Assembly: GCA_039799905.1 (NCBI GenBank)
Contig: JBDLRP010000021.1
Coordinates: 1 to 64,000 of the forward strand
From: Pseudomonadota bacterium
Lineage (GTDB): Bacteria; Bdellovibrionota_B; Oligoflexia; Silvanigrellales; Silvanigrellaceae
Reading direction: 5' to 3'
Length of the DNA stretch: 64,000 bases
Below, in pieces: positions 39,560 through 48,881 of the stretch (the stretch's first letter is position 1; each line of letters starts with the position of its first letter). The translations under genes were made by a program, and so were the position numbers. The notes under the pieces are model-generated. The model made no database searches. It was not told the DNA's origin and was given only the letters and a program-made list of their open reading frames with translations.

Positions 39560-40375
39560 ATGACCACGACCCAGGACGTCCTGACCCCTCAGCAAGTCGC
39601 AGAGCAGATCCGCAAAACATATAACCCCGCGTTACTCTCTGGAAAGGTTGCGCTGGTCACCGGAGCCTCGCGCGGTATCGGCCGTTCAATTGCAATTGCA
39701 CTTGGCGCATGCGGAGCACGTGTCATTGTCAACTACGCCGGCAACGCCGCAGCCGCACAAGAGACTGTCGCAGCCATCGAGGCCATCGGCGGACAAGCCC
39801 GCGCCGTCCAATTTGACGTCTCCAACAGCACTCAGGCCGCTGAAGCCATCAAGGCTCTGGAAAAGGAGTTTGGCGGATTCGATGTGCTCGTGAACAACGC
39901 GGGCGTTTCGAAGGACAACCTCTTCATCAAAATGAAGGATGAGGAATGGGATGCAAACATAAACACAAATCTCAAAGGCGCATTCGTCTGCTCACGTGCA
40001 GTAACGATGGGTATGATGCGCAAACGTGCTGGTAAGATTATCAACATCTCATCAGTCATCGGACTCACGGGCAACGTCGGACAAGCAGGGTATGCTGCAA
40101 GTAAAGCGGGTTTGCTGGGACTCACCAAGAGTCTTGCCAAAGAACTCGCGTCCCGGAACATTCAGGTGAACACGATTTGTCCGGGCTACATTACAACCGA
40201 CATGACCAGCGCCCATGGCGACAAACTGATTGAAAACGTGCTCAAGCAAATTCCCATGGAGAGACTGGGCGACCCTGTAGAAATCGCACGCATGGCTGTC
40301 TTTCTCGCGAGTGATGCTTCCAATTATGTTACCGGACAGACTGTTGCCGTCGACGGCGGAATGACCATGATGTAA
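39560..40375 (+). CDS. fabG: 3-oxoacyl-ACP reductase
   Basis: TGASRGIG, NNAG, ISSVIG..GN.GQ..YAASKAG, ELASRNI, PGYI.TDMT, VDGGM. Confidence 0.93.
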   Translation: MTTTQDVLTPQQVAEQIRKTYNPALLSGKVALVTGASRGIGRSIAIALGACGARVIVNYAGNAAAAQETVAAIEAIGGQARAVQFDVSNSTQAAEAIKALEKEFGGFDVLVNNAGVSKDNLFIKMKDEEWDANINTNLKGAFVCSRAVTMGMMRKRAGKIINISSVIGLTGNVGQAGYAASKAGLLGLTKSLAKELASRNIQVNTICPGYITTDMTSAHGDKLIENVLKQIPMERLGDPVEIARMAVFLASDASNYVTGQTVAVDGGMTMM

Positions 40376-41201
40376 CCATTCGTTGCGACAAGACACACAA
40401 TGGCAACAACAATATGATCCAGGCACCCAGTCGAATTTCTTGTTCTTCAGGCAAGAAGGCGGCTGGGTTATCTTTTTTCTCATGAAAAAACTTCCCCGCT
40501 GCTCCCGTGCGTCCAGCTAAACTTCCGCACGGTGCAAAGGGCTGAATCTTTTCACCTGAGATCGGAGGGTACAAACTCAGAACTCCGGCAACATCATCAA
40601 GCCCCAGCGCAACCTCGTTGCGTGGCTGCCAGTAACCCATGATTGCGTCTGGATCAGAATGGTTGTGTCCGAGACCAAGACAGTGACCGAACTCGTGCAC
40701 AAGCACAAAGATAAACGAGGGTATTGAGTCGATGTCGGTTCCGACCTGAATGTCGCAGTCCCGCAGCCGACGACTGTCGTTCTCATCGGGAACCGGATAC
40801 GCAAGTCCGCTGGCCACCGAAGATATCGTCGCTATTCCCACTGAAAAAAGATTGTCATCTGGATTGATAACCCCTTTTCGTTCCGATCCAACCTTCAGCT
40901 GTATCGACAGTTGCGGAACGTCATTCCAGTAGTTCATTGCCCTCTGCACCAACAGGCTGAACACTTCGTCATCAGAATAATCTGAGTAAACACCGTCTTC
41001 GAACGTATCTTTATCGGAAAAAACTGGCGCCTCGCTGGTCAGATGAAATTCCTGAGTGAGGCCTTCTGCGGGTACAAGTTTTGGCCGCAAGGGCGAGAGG
41101 TATACGTACGAAAACGCGGTTTGCGGGATAAAAGTGAGCAATAAAATCAATAATATTGTCCACCTCAGGCCAGACAAGTGACGCCCCCGTGCGCCGGCCA
41201 T
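40329..41201 (-). CDS. Matrixin (M10)-family zinc metalloprotease, secreted, with C-terminal TM and basic tail
   Basis: HEFGHCLGLGH, Met-turn AIM, signal peptide, CG..TM..RRRR C-terminus. Confidence 0.85.
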   Translation of the reverse strand: MAGARGRHLSGLRWTILLILLLTFIPQTAFSYVYLSPLRPKLVPAEGLTQEFHLTSEAPVFSDKDTFEDGVYSDYSDDEVFSLLVQRAMNYWNDVPQLSIQLKVGSERKGVINPDDNLFSVGIATISSVASGLAYPVPDENDSRRLRDCDIQVGTDIDSIPSFIFVLVHEFGHCLGLGHNHSDPDAIMGYWQPRNEVALGLDDVAGVLSLYPPISGEKIQPFAPCGSLAGRTGAAGKFFHEKKDNPAAFLPEEQEIRLGAWIILLLPLCVLSQRMVTSWSFRRRRQQSVR

Positions 41202-41215
41202 GCAGCCGGCAATAT

Positions 41216-42475
41216 TTAGAATTGAAAACTTATGGAGGAGCGTATCAGATTTCTGAGCCCACGACGTGCCAAAACCCTACCTGTTGACGTTTGCGCCCAA
41301 TGCAGTTCCGCAGAGAGTTGCAAAGAATCATATGGCTTCAACTGAGCCCTGACGTAGCTCCACCGCTCCTTCCGATCGGGTGAAAGAAGGACTCCAGCTG
41401 CGGGCTCAAAACGCCCGTTCCAGAATGATTTCTGAGTCCGCAAACCGCCGAGCATCGAGTCGGGAAGAAAATTCGTCGATTTTTTTGAGAACCAATGTTC
41501 CCGCCAGAATTCGAATGTTGTCAGCAGGTCACTAAAGGCGGTTGCATCGAGTGTTGCGTGAAAGACAGCTTGATCGGACCGCGAGCGCAGCATGGCACCT
41601 TGATCCGGCAGAGCGCGATTCGAATGAAGGGCAAACTCCGAGCGAAAGACAAAATCGCCCGCCGACTGGGTTGCGCTGAGCCCCATGGAAAAAACTCTCG
41701 GCTCATTCACTTTGAACGCAAAACCAGTCTGTGGCGAACCCGACAGATAAAACTGTGGAACACGCTCAAAATAGGAAAGAAGATAACCATTGATGTCCCA
41801 GCCATTTTTCAACAGCCCGCCAGCCTTGAGGCCGAATTCAGAATCGGCAATCCAACGCCTGTCTGCTGGCTTCTCGACAGAAATACCATTGAAGGATCTC
41901 TCAAACGGAGAACGCGACGCTTTCAAAGTTACGACAGTTTGAAAAACCGTGTTGTCGCCAAGATACTGCAGATTGACAGATGGCACGGCTATTTTTGTCT
42001 GCTCATCGTCTGAATACAGAGGCTCCGTCAGATCGCGCGGATTGAGAAAATCGACCCCATCAAAAAATGCGGAATCGCCCCATGTGTACTTTTGCAATCC
42101 CAGACCGACACTTGCACGGTTGCCTTGCCACTGCAGATAGGCGTGATCACCTTTGAACTCGTAACTCTTTCCAGTGGAGACAAATTCCGACTGTGTATCG
42201 GCGCGCAGCCTCGCTTCCACTGAGACGGATATATCTTTAAAAAAAGATACTTCCGACTGCCATTTAAAACCGATTGTGGGTCGAAGATTCAACAAATATT
42301 TATCCTCAAAATCGCCCACGCTAGTGAGTTCCGGAATTACACTCCACGATTTCAAGTCAGCATGCGCTCGAATAGAAACGCACAGTGCCACGAACACAAA
42401 AAAGGTAAGCCGATTTCGATGAACCGCGCGTTCCGAAAGATTCTTGACCAACACATTTATACGATGATAAATCAA
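41216..42475 (-). CDS. Outer-membrane beta-barrel protein (type usually found next to LolA-like proteins)
   Basis: Signal peptide (AHA), GLQKYTWG..D..NPRD, FRSE, terminal SISFQF. Confidence 0.75.
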   Translation of the reverse strand: MIYHRINVLVKNLSERAVHRNRLTFFVFVALCVSIRAHADLKSWSVIPELTSVGDFEDKYLLNLRPTIGFKWQSEVSFFKDISVSVEARLRADTQSEFVSTGKSYEFKGDHAYLQWQGNRASVGLGLQKYTWGDSAFFDGVDFLNPRDLTEPLYSDDEQTKIAVPSVNLQYLGDNTVFQTVVTLKASRSPFERSFNGISVEKPADRRWIADSEFGLKAGGLLKNGWDINGYLLSYFERVPQFYLSGSPQTGFAFKVNEPRVFSMGLSATQSAGDFVFRSEFALHSNRALPDQGAMLRSRSDQAVFHATLDATAFSDLLTTFEFWREHWFSKKSTNFLPDSMLGGLRTQKSFWNGRFEPAAGVLLSPDRKERWSYVRAQLKPYDSLQLSAELHWAQTSTGRVLARRGLRNLIRSSISFQF

Positions 42476-42490
42476 GCAAAAGTCTCGTCA

Positions 42491-43237
42491 TTATTTGAGT
42501 GAGTTTTGGTTGAAAATTGCATCCGAGGATTCTTTAGCCTCAAGCTTCCGAATACGAATCATCGACGAATCATCCTGATTTTTTGCGTCACGGATTAAAA
42601 TCTCTGTTGGACGAACCGCTCCTGCAATCTGCTTATAAGCCCCAAACTCGGCGTTTTTCAGAACCATTCCTGCCAAACTCAGATACTCCGCCTTGATTGG
42701 CCGAAAGGTCTTCTTTTCAATCCAGACTCTGAGTTTTTCATACGTCAGACCTTTTTTGCTCGCATTCAGCATGAGCACCCATTTCTTAGCATCTTGAGAC
42801 TCATACGCTGCGGTATAGTCGCCCCACCAGCGCATCCGGCTGACGTCTCCGTTTGCAGCTTGCCCTGTGAGTTTTTGATTCAGTGCCACTCGAACCGTGC
42901 GCTTGAGGTTGGGAACATAGGCCCACATATCCTCATTGACCATGACCATACTGCGGCCTTTGTCCCGTGCGGGAGCAATTGTGTTCACACGGGTCTTCTC
43001 CCGGCCTTTTGTGAATACCTCCAATTTGACAACGTCGTCCTGCCCCTTGGAACTGACGTCCACCTCCATGAAATAGGACTCAGACGGACAGCGGACTTCG
43101 TCAGCCTTGCGTAGCACATCATCTGCAGACATGGACGATTTTGCAGGCATCTCAACATCCGCGAACGCTGGCGAATATGCAATTGTCGGCGTTGCACCAA
43201 GGAACAATGAAATCAGAAAAAACTTTATTGCTTTCAT
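42491..43237 (-). CDS. Outer-membrane lipoprotein-sorting (LolA-like) protein
   Basis: APARDKGR.M, DMWAYVPNLKRTVRV, GQAANGD, YEKLRVWI; signal peptide. Confidence 0.85.
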   Translation of the reverse strand: MKAIKFFLISLFLGATPTIAYSPAFADVEMPAKSSMSADDVLRKADEVRCPSESYFMEVDVSSKGQDDVVKLEVFTKGREKTRVNTIAPARDKGRSMVMVNEDMWAYVPNLKRTVRVALNQKLTGQAANGDVSRMRWWGDYTAAYESQDAKKWVLMLNASKKGLTYEKLRVWIEKKTFRPIKAEYLSLAGMVLKNAEFGAYKQIAGAVRPTEILIRDAKNQDDSSMIRIRKLEAKESSDAIFNQNSLK

Positions 43238-43253
43238 TTCCCGACTCCGGCCG

Positions 43254-44342
43254 TTATATTTTCTTGAAAACGTCGACATGATACATCTGCGTTTTTTCTG
43301 CATCAATGAACTGCCGATAGTTCTCTGTCACCTCTGCAAAACCCTCACGACTCATCCAATCGATAACTCTCAGGTAGTAACGTGCAACGACGAGCGCCTG
43401 ACTATTCAAGCCAGCACCCATTCTGATGAGGAACTCTCTGGAGGTCTGGTCATCGAAGTATGAAGGCACATCAGAGAGTGATACGAAATCGGCTGGCTCC
43501 GCCGAAAACGAACTGACACAGTCGACAACATTGTTGAGCACGAATTGCACTTTTGCTTTCCTCAGCCCCGCTTGGATATGAGAATAAACTTCGCGGTTGC
43601 ATTCAATCGGGTTGCCTTCCGCATGGACAATACGTCCGAGCAGCGTGAGCTGCAGAAAATAGTTCTCGCGCGGCAGACCACTCGAAAAAAGACGGTTGTA
43701 TGCATTTTGATAGTGCTGCCAATGGGTTTCGGAAATATTCTTCTTCGGAAAATGTCCTTTGTAGAGAAGCGTGTTGAAAAATGTTGAATTGCCAATCATG
43801 AAAATCAAAAGATTCCAGCGAAGATAGGGAAATGATCGGCGCATGTACTGCAAATGCTCGGACATTGATTCCGACTTGAAGATTTCATCGCACTTTGCGC
43901 CAAGAAGACTGCGACAGAGCGTTGAGATCTTCTCGAAGGTTCGCTCCCACTTTCCTGAGTACAAAAGCGGCAGCTCTGGGGATTCTTGGAAGATTCCACG
44001 AAAAAACTCCCGGCAATCCCTGTCCAAATCGAGCTCTTCAATCACCTTCAGGCGAAATCCTTCTGGCGTGTCTTCAGGTGGATACCCCCAAAATTTTAGA
44101 AAATCAGTGTGGCTCAGCACGCGCGCGGTTGCAAAACGCAATTCTGCGAGCCAAAGCTGCTCGCGTGACAAATCGACACAGGTGACAAGCGCCGGACTCT
44201 TTGCAAACAGCGGCAAAACACGAGCTCCACTACCGGCGACGGCGACCACATGACCAACGCCCTCGGGAAGCACGTTCATTTCAAGTGAAGTATCTTCGTT
44301 TGCAAGCGTATAATTGAGCGTGTTGAAGTACTCTTTGCTCAT
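43254..44342 (-). CDS. DUF3419/BtaA-like SAM-dependent 3-amino-3-carboxypropyl transferase
   Basis: LNYTLANED..LE, VAGSG, VDLSREQL.L.EL, GKWE, ENYF, SLSDV.SY; ATGA overlap with the upstream gene. Confidence 0.8.
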   Translation of the reverse strand: MSKEYFNTLNYTLANEDTSLEMNVLPEGVGHVVAVAGSGARVLPLFAKSPALVTCVDLSREQLWLAELRFATARVLSHTDFLKFWGYPPEDTPEGFRLKVIEELDLDRDCREFFRGIFQESPELPLLYSGKWERTFEKISTLCRSLLGAKCDEIFKSESMSEHLQYMRRSFPYLRWNLLIFMIGNSTFFNTLLYKGHFPKKNISETHWQHYQNAYNRLFSSGLPRENYFLQLTLLGRIVHAEGNPIECNREVYSHIQAGLRKAKVQFVLNNVVDCVSSFSAEPADFVSLSDVPSYFDDQTSREFLIRMGAGLNSQALVVARYYLRVIDWMSREGFAEVTENYRQFIDAEKTQMYHVDVFKKI

Positions 44343-46453
44343 ACGAGCCTCAGTTTTCGGCCGTTGCGTGAGGCCGGCAATTGCCAATCTTGCAGTTTTT
44401 CTCGTGCATTCGCTCGGCACCTCTCGAGCATGTCATCTGTCAGGAATCCTTCGTGGGTGCGAATGCTTGACAGCTTGGCACCATGCTTGAGACCAAGCTG
44501 ATAAATCTCCTTCACCCGCTCGAGCTGCAGCTGTCTTGATAGAGAGAATGATTCATAGCGTCCTTCCATGGTCAGCAGGACAGTCTCGGCAAGACACGCA
44601 TAAACGCTTGGCTTTGCGAGTCCAATATCAACACTCAGCCGCACCGGACCAGGGAGATCAATCTCGCCACTTTCGATCACGAGAACGTCTGGCCGGCGTC
44701 GCGCTTCTTCAGGCCGTATATCCAACGGGCGAGAACAATCGCAGATCACCGCACCCGGTTTGACCCGCATGATGTCGAGTATCTGACCACGCTGGTTGGA
44801 TGTCGCAGTCACTATGAGGTCTGTATCTGCCAATTCCTCATTGGGGTCGGTACGCATCAGGATATCCGTCTCGGGAGCAAGTTCACTGAGTTCATCCCGA
44901 AGTTCAAGAAGCTTGTCCGGCCGCGGAGCCACGATGACGATTGTCGACGCAACCATCGCAAGCAATTGCGCCGAAACACGGCCAATGCTTCCGGTCGCGC
45001 CGACAACCATCACTTTCATCGGGATGAGTCCACTCTTCTTGGGAGGTTTTACGAAGCCCATTTTTATGACCATTTCCCGTGCTGCCCAAAGCGTTGCAGA
45101 CGCGGAATATGAGTTTCCTGTTGTCACTGGAATCGGCGATCTACGCGCCACAGTCACACCCGAGTCACCAATCACTTTTGTGTATGCGCCCAAGCCAATC
45201 ATCAGAGCTCCGCGTTTGTGAGCATCCTCTGCGGCAGCAACCAGCTGGTCATAGATAAAGTTCTCATCCATTTGCAGCATCGCACGAGGCGTTGCACAAA
45301 GCGCATACAGGTCACAAATGACCTCCTGACCCGTGGCTTCACTCCGCGCGCGCGTCAACTGCCCGTATCGAAACACAGGAACCCGAGCGAGCAACTGCTC
45401 TGCTGTTTTCACGACAGGTTTTGGAGAATGGGACAGCCACGACATCCCGGGTGTCAGCGCGAGGTGCTTTACACTGAGTGGATGTATGATGAAGGCGCAA
45501 CGTCGGGGAACACTCGACACACTCGTTTTTTTGCGAGGTTCAAGCCGCATTCCCTCAATCATCTCCAGCGCAAATTCTGGCAAACTCGATGCACTTTGCC
45601 GGTTCATGCGCACCTGATCCATCACCGCCATCAACAGTCCGAACGACCACATATGATGGGGAATTTGCAAGGCCGATACGTTGGGAGCAAACTCAATGAT
45701 CTGCGCTGGCTGAAAACGTTCCAGTTTTTCGCGCTGCGCGGGAGTCAGGAAATCAATGAAAATGACCTTTGATTCATAAATTTCCGGTTCGTCGACGTCG
45801 CCGAGAAGTGCGGAGTACGTCACAAAGACGTCAGACTGTCGGATCCACTGTTTCATTTTCTGGCGGGTGTTTTTCTGCATCCAGTCCGAAAAGACATGCT
45901 TTCCTGCGACTACGCGCGAAGACAGCAATGGTGTGATCATTTTGAAGAATCGGAGGATCTGCTGAGGGTTACGCAGGAGGGTAGGAATTCCGAAAAGGAA
46001 GAGTGGATCGGCGGATTGAATGCAGCCTCCACCCTCGGCAAAAGTGTCGGCAAATGGTGTATACAAGGCCGTATGAAAGAGTATTTTTTTGCCCTTGAAG
46101 AAATTCGGTTCCTCACGAAGAAACTTCCGCACCGACCAATTCGCAAAGAGCGCGCTTAGTTCGACTCCCGTGTAAATTGGTGTTCTGTCGGCAAACCGAT
46201 TGAGATCGCGCGTCGGCAGATGAAGGACCTCTTTGTTTCCAAAGGATGATTTGTCCCGCACACCACTCAGGACAAAGGCATCAACCTCACCGTCGAATTC
46301 GTGAATCAGGAAATGCGCGGCCGAAAAATCCCAGCCGATTCTCTTCTCCGTGACTTCGAAATGAATACCATCTAGTTCGAAGTTTCCACGCAAGTCCGTC
46401 CCGAGGTCGAGAAAATTTAAAACGAGGATCCGCCTTTTTTTTGTTGCCGTCAT
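44339..46453 (-). CDS. Two-domain oxidoreductase with C-terminal COG5322/acyl-ACP-reductase-like NAD(P) domain
   Basis: AFIIHP, IGLGAYTKVIGD.G, VTTGNSY, VVGATGSIG, PGAVICD.SRP, YACLAET, YESFS. Confidence 0.75.
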   Translation of the reverse strand: MTATKKRRILVLNFLDLGTDLRGNFELDGIHFEVTEKRIGWDFSAAHFLIHEFDGEVDAFVLSGVRDKSSFGNKEVLHLPTRDLNRFADRTPIYTGVELSALFANWSVRKFLREEPNFFKGKKILFHTALYTPFADTFAEGGGCIQSADPLFLFGIPTLLRNPQQILRFFKMITPLLSSRVVAGKHVFSDWMQKNTRQKMKQWIRQSDVFVTYSALLGDVDEPEIYESKVIFIDFLTPAQREKLERFQPAQIIEFAPNVSALQIPHHMWSFGLLMAVMDQVRMNRQSASSLPEFALEMIEGMRLEPRKKTSVSSVPRRCAFIIHPLSVKHLALTPGMSWLSHSPKPVVKTAEQLLARVPVFRYGQLTRARSEATGQEVICDLYALCATPRAMLQMDENFIYDQLVAAAEDAHKRGALMIGLGAYTKVIGDSGVTVARRSPIPVTTGNSYSASATLWAAREMVIKMGFVKPPKKSGLIPMKVMVVGATGSIGRVSAQLLAMVASTIVIVAPRPDKLLELRDELSELAPETDILMRTDPNEELADTDLIVTATSNQRGQILDIMRVKPGAVICDCSRPLDIRPEEARRRPDVLVIESGEIDLPGPVRLSVDIGLAKPSVYACLAETVLLTMEGRYESFSLSRQLQLERVKEIYQLGLKHGAKLSSIRTHEGFLTDDMLERCRANAREKLQDWQLPASRNGRKLRLV

Positions 46454-47400
46454 CCTCGAGAACCCCCACTCGTCAACAGTGTCAGTGCCTGATGGTGAAC
46501 AGTAAAATTGAGTTCACCGTCGAACTCGAACGACTCGCCGTCAGCAAACAATAAATGGCCTTTCCCGTCTGCCGCACGGACGGTCATTTTTTTACATCTG
46601 ACCCGCTCGGACAGTTGCGGCTCTTGATTCATTCTCAGTTTGGCAAGGGACAGCAACAGTTCTGCCGGCGTCCTGGCGCGCAGAAAAAGAACATCAAAAG
46701 CACCGTCTGTAGGCCTGGCTTCCGGTGCGACAAGCAGGTCTCCGCCCAGTCGCGGCTGATTGCAGACAAAAACGTTGCTAAAGAGGCCCGCGCGGGTCCC
46801 ACCGTCAGTCTGAATTTCATATTTCCGCAGATACGAACGTCGTCCGACAATGGTTGCGGCTGCAAGACCGGTGTAGATGTTTGTTCCCGCGAACTGCGTT
46901 ATTTTCCTAAACACCATCGAATTTCTTCGCATCGCGTTGAAGTCGCGGGTCAGCAACGCACCCACTCCCAATCCGCCGACGGTTGCAAAGAGCACATCGT
47001 TGCAACTGAGAACATCGACTTTTTTCTCAACTCTCCGACTCAGCGCATAGTAGACCGACAGAAGATCAGGATTGTAGCCCCAATAACTTGCGAAATCATT
47101 TGCGGTACCCAGTGGAAGAACCACAAATGGTCGCTGAGTTCTGACGAGTTCAGGAAGTGCACACTGCAGAGTTCCGTCTCCACCTGCGATCACAAGATTT
47201 TCGCCGCTTGGCAATTCACGGATGATTTTTTGCAATTCCAAAACTGACGCTGGCTGGTGCAGCTCCGGCTCGAGCTGCGGCAGGCCGATTCTCAGTGCCG
47301 CCAAGACGCGCTCACGCTGAACACTCCCCGCAGAACCATTCACAATCATGTGAAATCTGATCCGCTCCAGCGGTTTGTATGAGTACCCTTCCAAGGACAT
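46450..47400 (-). CDS. Diacylglycerol/lipid kinase family protein (YegS/DagK/sphingosine kinase fold)
   Basis: VNGSAG, GGDGT, PLGTANDFA, GG, DGAFDV, ADGE. Confidence 0.9.
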   Translation of the reverse strand: MSLEGYSYKPLERIRFHMIVNGSAGSVQRERVLAALRIGLPQLEPELHQPASVLELQKIIRELPSGENLVIAGGDGTLQCALPELVRTQRPFVVLPLGTANDFASYWGYNPDLLSVYYALSRRVEKKVDVLSCNDVLFATVGGLGVGALLTRDFNAMRRNSMVFRKITQFAGTNIYTGLAAATIVGRRSYLRKYEIQTDGGTRAGLFSNVFVCNQPRLGGDLLVAPEARPTDGAFDVLFLRARTPAELLLSLAKLRMNQEPQLSERVRCKKMTVRAADGKGHLLFADGESFEFDGELNFTVHHQALTLLTSGGSRG

Positions 47401-47435
47401 GCAAGACCCCAAACTGCCCCATTCACATCAGAGGA

Positions 47436-47462
47436 GTTTCGGCCGCACTTTCTGAAACTTTA
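47436..47462 (-). promoter_or_regulatory. sigma28-like promoter of the lipid-kinase operon
   Basis: Minus strand TAAAGTTT-N11-GCCGAAAC; the -35 octamer matches the extended FliA consensus exactly. An IHF-like TATCAGATACTTG lies at 47476-47488. Confidence 0.65.
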
Positions 47463-47514
47463 CAAAAAATTATAGCAAGTATCTGATAATACTTATTTTA
47501 ATAGGAGGAATATA

Positions 47515-48879
47515 TTATTCATCTAAAAAACGTGTCGCCGCAGCAAACATCGTATCCGAGTTCACAAACGGAGCCCCCACGAGCTTCATTGTGGATTCGG
47601 TTGGGCTCACAGCCTGAAGAGTTTTCAATACCGACGTGAAGACATCCTCATTTTCTTCGACGCACCAACTGCAGGTCCCGTAGACAAGGCGACCACCGCG
47701 TCGCACCTGACGCGCCGCATTGGCGAGAAGTTGCCTCTGCAAAGCATAAAGCGATTCACGCGATTCGCGGGACGCAATCCGCAATCTGGCATCCGGATTG
47801 CGGCGCCATGTGCCGGAGGAGCTGCAGGGCGCATCCACCAAAACAGAATCAAAGCCGGCCTGCAAAAACACCTCGCGGCCAAATTGCGGCGCCGTAACGC
47901 CATCCCACACGAGAGTGCGGATGTTGTGAAATCCAGCCCGCTGGCACCGGCGTTTGGCTTCCGACAGTTTGTGTTCACGGATATCCGAAGCGTACAACGC
48001 GCCTTTGCCCTGGAGGGCGGCAGCAATAGCCACCGACTTACCGCCACCTCCGGCACACGCGTCCCAAATCTTTTGTCCTGCCCGCGCACCCACTGCTTCG
48101 GCTATCTGCTGACTTGCCCAGTCCTGAACCTCAAAAAGCCCTTGCTGGAACGACACCGTCTGATAGACGCCAAAGTTACCACTTACGGCGGCGCAATTTT
48201 CGTTATCTTCAGACCATTTCACAAGAAGCCCATGCTGAACGAACTCTTTTTCCAACTGCTCTCGCGCAGAAGGTTGATTGAGTCGGATCCAAAGCGGTGG
48301 CCGTTCGTTCTGTGCCTGCAGAAATTGAATGACGTCAGACTGTGACCAGCCACTGACAGATCGACGGCGTTGTAATGGTTGCGACCACTCGGGTGGAATC
48401 CCATGCAGAACAAGCAGAAATGAATAATCTTCGTCACGCCAATCGGTCTTGGCCGCAAGCGACGAAATCGCTGAATCGATCTCTAGCCGGAGTGGATTTT
48501 TCTCGTCAGAGAGGGCCTGCGTGAGTTCAATCAACTTCATTGATGGCAGGCTGCGAACCGATGACCAGAGTTGTTCTTCGCTTGAATTTGCCGCGCAGAA
48601 CGAACGCAGCATTTCTTTTTGAGATTCAGCGCCATGTCCGCAGAATTGCCGGACACCGCAATGCACGTGCTCCAAAAATAATCCAAGGGTCACCCAGCGG
48701 GCAGAAGCAAACAGAACGTCGCTGTAAAATCGCCGGTCCTGACTGCCGAATCTCTTTTCCGCGCGAAGTGTCTCGGAAAGCCATCTGTCCAGCTGACGTG
48801 CCGAAGATGAGTCAATGTATCGGGACCAGAGCGCGGCTGCATGCTTTAGCCTGTTCGCTCGCCGAGCATCCGCCTCCAT
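47515..48879 (-). CDS. RsmB/NOP-family RNA m5C methyltransferase
   Basis: FEVQD.ASQ, DACAGGGGK, VDAPCSSSG, YGTCS...ENE. Confidence 0.92.
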   Translation of the reverse strand: MEADARRANRLKHAAALWSRYIDSSSARQLDRWLSETLRAEKRFGSQDRRFYSDVLFASARWVTLGLFLEHVHCGVRQFCGHGAESQKEMLRSFCAANSSEEQLWSSVRSLPSMKLIELTQALSDEKNPLRLEIDSAISSLAAKTDWRDEDYSFLLVLHGIPPEWSQPLQRRRSVSGWSQSDVIQFLQAQNERPPLWIRLNQPSAREQLEKEFVQHGLLVKWSEDNENCAAVSGNFGVYQTVSFQQGLFEVQDWASQQIAEAVGARAGQKIWDACAGGGGKSVAIAAALQGKGALYASDIREHKLSEAKRRCQRAGFHNIRTLVWDGVTAPQFGREVFLQAGFDSVLVDAPCSSSGTWRRNPDARLRIASRESRESLYALQRQLLANAARQVRRGGRLVYGTCSWCVEENEDVFTSVLKTLQAVSPTESTMKLVGAPFVNSDTMFAAATRFLDE

Positions 48880-48881
48880 GA

